Part shown: positions 11,201-19,000 of the stretch, one piece after another
Layout: the number at the start of each line of letters is the position of its first letter
Numbering within the stretch: the first letter of the stretch is position 1
Origin: Chloroflexaceae bacterium
GTDB lineage: Bacteria > Chloroflexota > Chloroflexia > Chloroflexales > Chloroflexaceae
Length of the DNA: 45,220 nucleotides
Assembly: GCA_034434655.1 (NCBI GenBank)
Contig: DAOTYR010000147.1
Span: forward strand, 1-45,220
Direction of reading: 5' to 3'
Notes under the pieces: model-generated
What the model was told of the DNA's origin: nothing
What the model saw: only the letters and a program-made list of their open reading frames with translations
Databases searched by the model: none
Position numbers and translations under genes: made by a program

Positions 11201-11678
11201 CGCGTCTGGCTACGAGGAACTGAAAAGGCGTTATGCGGCATTTGCCACCGCCGTAGCCGATCCGCAGATTCGCGCTATAGGCATGCGCCTGGAAACCGCC
11301 GATCCTGGAGATCAAGCCTGGATCGTGAGCCTAGCCACACTGGTGGCAAAACGTTCTCCAGAAACATGGAGCGATGCAGATCTCCCGGGGTTCGAGGCTG
11401 CCATAGCTGATCTGGGGCAACGCTTTCGGGCAGCCGAAGAACTGGCGCTCGTCACGCACACTGCCTCGCCTGACACACCGCTGGTGCGGGTCGGCTTAAG
11501 GAATGGACGCGGTGAAATCAGCCGGGTCGTGTATGCCGGTCTGACGGACCCGGCGGTGGAGCGCTTGCGGGCGGATCTCCGCGCATCCCTGGAGCGCCAT
11601 GCCGATCTCACAACTGATCAGCATGTTGCCGCTCTGACCGACCTGTTGCATGAAATCTTGACCGTCATGGAGAGCTAG
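8241..11678 (+). CDS. sspC: Large (1145-aa) P-loop NTPase (SspC-like)
   Basis: Walker A GPFGAGKS lies at 8427-8450. Walker B-like GLLVVIDELGQFLDY is followed by VLVVTILHQAF. Its position between the DUF4007 gene and the PAPS-reductase-like gene supports the call. Confidence 0.55.
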   Translation: MPNNSAIRVAPRFTRSVHIGRDFRDLRFHLDGYQVTPLVRQTAGQILSGLAADATERAFSVIGPFGAGKSAFGLFLAHFLQRRPAGRRKLLTSLGITIPDAHLPLDAPTLLAVRVPGNHAPLRHALLQALNEVLDRETRRSEIAALCQTLERARHDPNLDPVRTADYVAEAARLLRAQGRFDGLLVVIDELGQFLDYAARQNEERDLFVLQSLAETATRSGDTPVLVVTILHQAFERYTIHAGPTRRAEWAKVQGRFKDLPFQEPAAQIVRMVASALRPVGRDPYKCAREEWTTQLATLSEDLGLRPVEISSAEWRSLLADTYPIHPTVLVALPSLFRQLAQNERSLFAFLHTDEPWALRDVTADAVTTDSLPIYRLTHLYAYVEANLGPFLFGKARGQRWAELAEARVALANSDPLHLDTLTVVGVLGAIERASGLRASQAHVAFALADTPDDQAVTDALRALSERRIIVYRRYRDSYIIWEGSDLDLETLTQEARRMISERMDLTALLQQHADTTPRIARRHSYRTGATRVFAVRYVEATRLSVDLAAREGYDGELLHVVPADEEELRAAEHWARDPARAEEPWRITVLPRHLHDLRDLLLEVAALRNLLDERAELEHDRPARREVAGRLLEAQQFLADTIIETYGRGRWFYAGQPYHPQSARQIDDLLSRAADATYPHTPLVWNELIVRRQLTSAATKARRNLVEAMLSRGAEPLLGMTGYPPERAIYESVLRMGGLHRRDVNGTWRIGPPPPEDPLRLGPVWQAMERLLDTGRSEPHPIAHLFAHIESPPYGVKAGLAPLLFVAFYVARAGEISIYERGTYVPMPDIAVFERLMTRPEQFSVSLCRAEGARWQVYERLARALAPQALTQPSQPALLAVTLPLLRFINQLPAYSKQTRRLSLRAQAVRQALREARAPDELLFERLPGACDLPSFRADDDEGTLWVEPFVAALREALQELQGAYARLIETVATRISAAFGLPSTGASGYEELKRRYAAFATAVADPQIRAIGMRLETADPGDQAWIVSLATLVAKRSPETWSDADLPGFEAAIADLGQRFRAAEELALVTHTASPDTPLVRVGLRNGRGEISRVVYAGLTDPAVERLRADLRASLERHADLTTDQHVAALTDLLHEILTVMES

Positions 11679-11724
11679 CAAGCGCCGGGAGATTGCTGAA
11701 ACTCACAGATCGGTATAACGAACA

Positions 11725-12558
11725 ATGCAAAAGCACGATGCCATTACACGCGCCTGGGCTGAACGACCGGGGCGGCATATCGTAAATCTGAGCGGCGGCA
11801 AAGACAGCACTGCCCTGGCGATTTTTCTGCGCGACAAGATCCCCCCACTAGAGTACGTCTTTTGCGACACCCATAAAGAACTTCCGGAAACCTATGAGTA
11901 CCTGGAGCAGCTAGAAGCCTACCTGCAACGGCCGATTACCAGATTGAACGCGCAGCGCGGGTTCGACCACTGGCTAGAGATCTACGGAGGCGTGTTGCCA
12001 TCGGCGCAGGTGCGCTGGTGTACGCGCAAGCTGAAGATCGAGCCATTCGAAGCCTATGTCGGCGATGACACGGTCTGGAGCTACATCGGCATCCGCGCCG
12101 ACGAACAACGCAGCGGCTACATTTCAACCAAGCCGAATGTGCATCCGGTCTTTCCTTTTAAAGAGTGTGGCATGGCGCTAAGCGACATCGAGGGAATCCT
12201 GGCGGAGAGCGGATTGGGATTGCCGAGGTACTATGAATGGCGCCAGCGCAGTGGCTGCTATTTTTGCTTTTACCAACGTAGCGGGGAATGGATCGGACTT
12301 AAGGAGCGACATCCAGACTTATTTGAACAGGCGAAACAATACGAGAGCGAACGGGGAGGGGAACACTTTTACTGGCGCCAGCGCGAAAGCCTGGCCGAAT
12401 TGGAGCGGCCCGAGCGTATCGCCCAGATCAAGGCCGAACACCGGGCGCGCCTGGAACGCGAGCGCGCTCGACGGCCTGATCGTCCGTTGATAGAGGCGCT
12501 TGGTGCAGCCCTTGATGCCGAAGACGATGCGCAAGGATGTGATATTTGTCATTTGTAA
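11725..12558 (+). CDS. sspD: Phosphoadenosine-phosphosulfate-reductase-family PP-loop ATP pyrophosphatase (SspD/DndC-like)
   Basis: The PP-loop NLSGGKDSTAL has SGGKDS at 11791-11808. RWCTRKLKIEPF is present. Cysteine pairs CYFC (12256-12267) and CDIC (12538-12549) are present. Confidence 0.75.
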   Translation: MQKHDAITRAWAERPGRHIVNLSGGKDSTALAIFLRDKIPPLEYVFCDTHKELPETYEYLEQLEAYLQRPITRLNAQRGFDHWLEIYGGVLPSAQVRWCTRKLKIEPFEAYVGDDTVWSYIGIRADEQRSGYISTKPNVHPVFPFKECGMALSDIEGILAESGLGLPRYYEWRQRSGCYFCFYQRSGEWIGLKERHPDLFEQAKQYESERGGEHFYWRQRESLAELERPERIAQIKAEHRARLERERARRPDRPLIEALGAALDAEDDAQGCDICHL

Positions 12559-12573
12559 ACAGGCTCGACGCTT

Positions 12574-14361
12574 ATGTCAATTATCCGCAACCCCTTCGTC
12601 GACTACCTCAACAAGTACACTACTGCCTCACCAGACCACGAGGCCGCCTTTGACGAATTTGTCGCGCATACGCCGCCACCACCTGGCGGTCCATTGCGCT
12701 TTCAGACAAAGGTCGAGAAATTCCTCCGCATTCGCTTTGCCGAGTCCAGGCCACCTTCGATCATTCTTACCGGAAATGCCGGTGACGGCAAAACCTTTCT
12801 CTGTCGACAGATCATCCAAATATTTACCGCGAGGCATATTGATGACTGGGAAGAACTTGTCGAAAAACCACTTGAACGCCACGGAATTCGCCTGTATGTT
12901 ATCAAAGATCTCTCTGAGCTAAGTGAAGAGGAAGGCAGATCGGTACTCAACCGGCTAGAGCAAACCCTTAATTCGGAATCAAGTGATCGGTATCTGATTG
13001 CCGCTAATGAAGGACGCCTGCGAGATTTGCTGACTCGCGTCCAAACACCAAAACTTACCGAGTCAATCAAAACTCAACTTCAATATGGCATAGAATCAGG
13101 CTCCACGTCGCTGGTAGTAATCGACCTGACCAAAGTGACGACGTCGGCATTCGTCCCCGAGACATTACGCTGGATGACCAGCAATATTCACTGGCAAGTC
13201 TGTACCGATTGCCCCATTATTGAGAGGTGCCCGTTACACTACAATGTGCGTACTCTTCGCGATGAACGGGTTGTCAGACGGGTGCAGTTCCTCTATGATC
13301 TGCTAGAGCATCTTGACATCCACGTAACAGTGCGCGACATGCTGATTCACCTGGCATTTACACTGACCGGGAATCAGAGTTGTCCTGAATTGCAGCGACT
13401 CGACGCCGAAGATGCCGATCGTCATCATCTCGTGTATTACGAGAACATCTGGGGCGGATCTGAAAACAGTCCCTTTCGTCGCAAGGCAAGTGTCGTGCAA
13501 CATCTGGATCGGTTACAAATTGGGAAGCATTCCATCTTTGAGATCGATGACTTCATTATCAATGGAGGCGATCATCCTGATCAGACAATAGTTCATGCTC
13601 AACTCTTTACTCCAGCCGTCGATCTCGATTTCAAACGCTTTGAACAAGAACGTCGGGCATACATCGAAGGCGGCGCGGAAAAACAGACGGGTGAAGAAAC
13701 TCAGGCTTTTTTAGAGTGGTTGCCGCACTGTCGGCGCAAGTTATTTTTCGAGTCGCCCGATGAACAGCAGGCTAATGAATTAATCACTTTTCGCTACCTC
13801 AACACCTACCGGCAGTTGCTCACCAACAAGCACAAACCTACCGATAGTATACGCCATCGCCTGATACTAGGACTGAATCGCGCCTTTGCGCGGCTCTACC
13901 TTACTTTCGATGATATTCTCTACGTCACTAGTCAGTACCTGCACAGCGCTGAACAACCCCGGCCGTTGGTGCGACTAGAAATCCCTGCTAATGGGATCGG
14001 CCTTTCGATTGATGATCGCGAAGAACAAGCATTTGATCGGCGCTGGGCCGATCTCTATATACATTTTAGCCCACCGCCAGAATTGCACCTGCGTTGGACA
14101 AAAGACGCGCTGAAACCGCAGCGATGGCGTCTTAATCTACTGGTCTTTGAATATCTCTTGCGACTGGCTGACGGCGGGACATTCAACGTGCTCGCTGACG
14201 AGTGCGAACTAAGCATACGCAGCCTGAAAGATCGCTTACTCAGTGAATTCGCCCATGAAACGACAAACACGCGCATCAGATTCTTTGTTGCTGAGCAGCA
14301 ACAGTACGTTCTAAAGACCATCTATCTTGACGAGAAAGGGATTATCCGCGCAGGAGGTTAG
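12574..14361 (+). CDS. sspF: 595-aa P-loop protein (DptF/DndF/SspF-like restriction component)
   Basis: Walker A GNAGDGKT lies at 12772-12795. LYVIKDLSELS is Walker-B-like. Size and position match the first gene of F-G-H trios. The start is 15 nt after the sspD-like stop. Confidence 0.5.
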   Translation: MSIIRNPFVDYLNKYTTASPDHEAAFDEFVAHTPPPPGGPLRFQTKVEKFLRIRFAESRPPSIILTGNAGDGKTFLCRQIIQIFTARHIDDWEELVEKPLERHGIRLYVIKDLSELSEEEGRSVLNRLEQTLNSESSDRYLIAANEGRLRDLLTRVQTPKLTESIKTQLQYGIESGSTSLVVIDLTKVTTSAFVPETLRWMTSNIHWQVCTDCPIIERCPLHYNVRTLRDERVVRRVQFLYDLLEHLDIHVTVRDMLIHLAFTLTGNQSCPELQRLDAEDADRHHLVYYENIWGGSENSPFRRKASVVQHLDRLQIGKHSIFEIDDFIINGGDHPDQTIVHAQLFTPAVDLDFKRFEQERRAYIEGGAEKQTGEETQAFLEWLPHCRRKLFFESPDEQQANELITFRYLNTYRQLLTNKHKPTDSIRHRLILGLNRAFARLYLTFDDILYVTSQYLHSAEQPRPLVRLEIPANGIGLSIDDREEQAFDRRWADLYIHFSPPPELHLRWTKDALKPQRWRLNLLVFEYLLRLADGGTFNVLADECELSIRSLKDRLLSEFAHETTNTRIRFFVAEQQQYVLKTIYLDEKGIIRAGG

Positions 14362-14366
14362 CAAAG

Positions 14367-16010
14367 ATGACCTCACACTACGGCAACTACGATCACACCA
14401 AGTCCCCCCTTGCCACATACATCTGGGGTCATCGTCTACGCACCGGACAGCACTGGATCGAATACATGGTTGAGTTTTTGAGTGTGATATCAGGGTTTGA
14501 CTACCAGCTTGGTCAAGGCCTTAAGGGTCACCCCAACGTTAAGGTGGAGTACCGTCTTCCCAAACGACTAGGCCTACGGCGCTTCATTTTCTACGATCAG
14601 CGCGAAAAGAATCGTAACCCCTACGATGACCATGCCGTTCAAGAACTCCACAAGAGGCTCAGTTCACGCGTCTGTGGAATAGACAGTCACTCTGACCAGA
14701 TCGCGATCGATCAGGTACGCTCGCTCCTGCGCTCTTTCTCGGTAGTCGAAGGCAATCGCTCATGGTATGCCAAAACTCTTTTTCCTGTACATGAAGAGTT
14801 TCTACTCTGGGAAGGACAGCGTAGCCGTTCAGCGAAACTCACCACGCCGCTTCTGACACCTGACCTTGATTTAAATGAACTGGACCCGGACAACCTGGAT
14901 CGCGGAATGGAGTTCACCACACGCAACTTCTTTGCGCGCGGCGGGGAGATCTACTACCTGATCCTCTCAGCCGGCACTGAGAAGCAGCCGGACTATCGCA
15001 TGTTCATTGGCAAACGACTACGGGAGTTGCTGACTGAGCACAATCGAATTCTTGGCCAGATTGCCAGTACCATTGATACGACCTGGCAACCACGCGACAA
15101 TGGTCATACGAATTCCGCTTTTATCACTGGCTCACTCGGCTGGATACCACAACGGGATTGCGCACTCTACCAGCAGGTTGCTGAGGACCTGGTAACATTC
15201 CTCCAGAATAATTTGGATTCGCTTGAGTGCCTCGAACTACTGGCCCATCTGATCGGATTTCATATCATTTGTTACATATATCACCACGCCAATCCACATA
15301 TTGATCGTCCAGCACTGATCGTTGACCTGCTAGGCGCGCATGACGGCGGCGTATTACGCAATCAATCAGCGGCTTCACTCCGTGAACAGGAAGATCGGCA
15401 ACTTCGTAGAGCGAAGGACTTCGTTACAGAGCGGGTTCGGGAATGGGCAACTGATCAATTAGAAGGACCAATCTTGCTGGACCACCTTGAGCAGGAAACT
15501 AAGAACTATTTTCAATTGGGCCAGACCAGGGCGAAAGCAGAATACAACAAGACCCTCAAAGAACTCGGCCAATCCTATCAGATAGAGAGGGATCGCGAGC
15601 GCCTGCTCAAAGCATATAGCGAAGGTTTGTTCAAGGCCCTGGAGGGCGAGCTACGCAAAAATTTCCTTGGAATCCATCGCAAAATCGGACAAGCGATCGG
15701 CTTGATCGCGCCTATCAAAGGCCCAAAACCTCGCTTTGTGCTTGGCGACACTCTGTTAAAAACCCTGGTAATGGCGAACCTCAAACCCGATGACACTTTA
15801 CCATTCGGTGAGTTTTTGGAACGGCTCTATGCGCGTTATGGAATCATCATTGGTCCTGGCGAAAGCCGCACTGCACAGGTAATGGAGCGTTTGCGGATCA
15901 ATGAAGAATATTTCTCTCGTAACCGCGATGCACTCCGCGAACGTATGCGTCGCGCGGGCCTGCTAATCGAGTACTCCGACACAACGGCAATCGTCCGACG
16001 AGTTCAATGA
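14367..16010 (+). CDS. sspG: 547-aa protein with no recognisable motif (DptG/DndG/SspG-like by position and size)
   Basis: The ORF starts 5 nt after the previous stop, and a GGAGG lies in the end of the upstream gene. It overlaps the next gene by 4 nt (ATGA). The assignment is by synteny only. Confidence 0.4.
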   Translation: MTSHYGNYDHTKSPLATYIWGHRLRTGQHWIEYMVEFLSVISGFDYQLGQGLKGHPNVKVEYRLPKRLGLRRFIFYDQREKNRNPYDDHAVQELHKRLSSRVCGIDSHSDQIAIDQVRSLLRSFSVVEGNRSWYAKTLFPVHEEFLLWEGQRSRSAKLTTPLLTPDLDLNELDPDNLDRGMEFTTRNFFARGGEIYYLILSAGTEKQPDYRMFIGKRLRELLTEHNRILGQIASTIDTTWQPRDNGHTNSAFITGSLGWIPQRDCALYQQVAEDLVTFLQNNLDSLECLELLAHLIGFHIICYIYHHANPHIDRPALIVDLLGAHDGGVLRNQSAASLREQEDRQLRRAKDFVTERVREWATDQLEGPILLDHLEQETKNYFQLGQTRAKAEYNKTLKELGQSYQIERDRERLLKAYSEGLFKALEGELRKNFLGIHRKIGQAIGLIAPIKGPKPRFVLGDTLLKTLVMANLKPDDTLPFGEFLERLYARYGIIIGPGESRTAQVMERLRINEEYFSRNRDALRERMRRAGLLIEYSDTTAIVRRVQ

Positions 16011-19000
16011 AGGAGTTTTGTAGGATGCGCAGTGATCAGATTATTGCCGATGCGCTCAAACGCTACCTTGAGGCTTGTCTGCGCGAGAATCAAGCGTCAC
16101 GAGCGTTTTTTCGGCTTTCCGGATTTGATCAACCCATCTACAAAGCCTTGCTGGATAATCTGGCCCGTCTGAATTGGCGCCTTGGCGATATGCAGCTCGA
16201 AGTGCGCAGTATTGCATCCATTTCCAGTCATGATGAACGGGTCATGGAGCGGCATCGATCCGCGACGTGGTATCGCAACCATCTTAAAGCCGGCTATGCT
16301 CTGGTGCTAATTCAGAATCGCCGATCTACAGATGCTCAGAGTCTCAAAGATTTGTACTCCGTGACTGAAGGCTCACTCACAAATGATGGTCTGGCACATT
16401 TGATTGCAGCAACATGTGTGAACTATCAATTGAAACCTGAAGATCGCAAACAACTCGAAACATTCATACGTCGGTTTGGGAAAAAACTCTTCAAACCACA
16501 ACTTCGCGACCTGACAGAGTTTCTCTATCATGTTGACAAGAGGCTTGCGGAGCAACCAACAGCCATAATGCCTGACGCCATTGCTCGCGCTTTGCCATAC
16601 CTGGGATTATTTCAGTGTCTGGATTTTGCACCACACCTCAACACCCTTCAGGGTGACCGAATGCTGCGGCAGTTGCACAACGCCGCACGAATCGGTAGCG
16701 AGGTATTTGATGAGAATAAACAGGAGACATATCTAAAACGGCTGGAAACGGCGCCACTTGAGGATGACAGTGCGCTGAATGGTTATAGTGCCGAGGAGAA
16801 ACGTGTTTTGCTCCAACAGTTTATTGAAGGCCAGTTCCGGAATGACCGAACAAACACGCTTCGTGTCCTCCAGATCGACTGGCGCGAGGTTCAACACATT
16901 ATTACGACAAAGACTCGCAGTTCGCAGGCACAGAAGTTCAAGGAAATTGCTGACGAGATCGAAGAAGCGTTTCCTCAAGACACGATATCTGACCGTAATC
17001 TGATTGAGTTGCTTACCTCTCTGCGTAATGAGCGTGAACCAGAGGCAGATCTAGTCGATCAAGTCGTCGAACAGATTGGCGATAGTCTGAGTAAGCAATT
17101 GCGCGGCAAACTGCGTCGTCTGGTGAAGACTCGCACGCGCAAACACAGCGATTTCCTGGTTGGCCTGACAGCACTGGCCATTGAATTGTTGCATCCTCGC
17201 CAGGATGAATTGCAACCAGGAACACGTATGCGGATTGAACTGGATGAACAGACGTTTGAAGATCAAGCAATTAAAATTTTTCATACTTTATTCGGTGGAA
17301 TTGAGAAGATATTTTCAGATATTGAATGGGATCTGAACTCCGTTTCAGAAATTCTATCAGGGTATGAAACTCGTGAAACCGGGGAAGATCATGAAAAAGA
17401 AGGCCAGAGTGAAGTACGATTTCGGGTAGGAATCCTGGATGCCGATGGCCAAGAACTTGCCAGAGCCGACCTGATCTGGCAGTACCGTTCTGACAGCCCG
17501 GCTACAGCAACCTACCGAATGCTCGAAGCTGAACGACAAACGCTGAAACATCTCAACAATAAGCGCCTCCGCATTCCGATCTTTAAACGCTGCCCACACA
17601 GCGAAGATATCAGTAATCTGGATCTCCATCGTCCGTTGAAATCGTTCGGAAACTGGTCCGATCAGCCAGAGGATCTACGAACGTTGCTGTCAGCTATGCC
17701 ATTGCAACGACTCAGACCGCAAGCGCCGAAGGCTCTCTTTGAGGCGCTAGATGGACTGGAAGAGGCCTGGGGACAGTTCGTGCAGACAGCGACAGATCAG
17801 GGGCTCATAGCCGCAGACATCAGTTCCTTGCTCGAAGCCTATGCCAATCTTCTTCACGCGGCCATTAGTCACTTGCAAACCGGTCAGGAAGTCTCTTTCG
17901 GGCTTCGGGTATTGGTTCAGGCGTGGATGATCGGTGCCAGCGGATTTGAGGATTGGGCGATCATCCCTCTTCTACATCCGCTCAAACTGCTCTGGTGGCG
18001 CGAACGTGCTCGTCATTTCGCCGGTATTGTGCGACAGTTACTGACTCCAGCGCAGTCCGTTACCATCGTGGATGAACCAAGACTACAGCGCGAACTAGCC
18101 ATAACCTATGGATCTAGCCAGTTTCCACCTATTCTGGCCCTTCCGCCGAAGGAAGGAGCCCCTGTCGAGTGGTTTGTTCCTATCGAGGAAGTTGAAGGGT
18201 ATGAACTCTTCTTCCCCGCTCACAAACTCAATGCGTCTTTTGGGTCGTCTACGGCCAACCTTTTTGCCGATGAAACAGAAATCGCCACTCGACGCGCCGT
18301 TGAAGGTATTGCGGGTGTTATTCAGGACTATGTCGAAACCTATCCCTTTGTTCGTGATGGATTGGAACTAGTGCTACTCGAATGCCGGAATAGCATTTTT
18401 CCTGAACTTCTGATTGAACAAATAACAAAATCCGACACTGCAGAATCCATACGCACTTCACTACTGGTACATACGTCTGATCGCGGGGCACCGATCTTTC
18501 AGCGGCTTAGTGAGTGGGCAGCGAATCACCATGATAGCGCTGATCATCTATCCGGGGATTACTTCCCATCAATTAGTCTCAACGTGCAGCAGGGTCCGTT
18601 CGAGGAACTGCTACGCAAGAGCACAAACAAAGATCTAGTCATTCTGGCTGATGTCCTGGCCCAACGAGGGCAACGCATCATTCCCGAATTGTCTCAGTCT
18701 GAACCGAATGATATTCCGCTTGAAGGGTTCCTGCCCATTTACCGTGCGCAGCAGGAACCGTTCGAGCGCGGCGAACTCTATCGACGCCTGCGACTTACCC
18801 AGACTGATCAACCAGCACTAGTACGACACTTCCTACTCGCACAGTATGCAGCATTTCAGAAGCGCGGAGTTGATCCGCGAGCAACGGTAAATTTCTATCG
18901 TGAGACGAGCCTGGACGATTGGAAAAACGATCTCAAGAAACTTCATCACCATTTCAACTGGGTTATTTGCTACGATCCTGCAATTGACCGTTTCCTGTTG

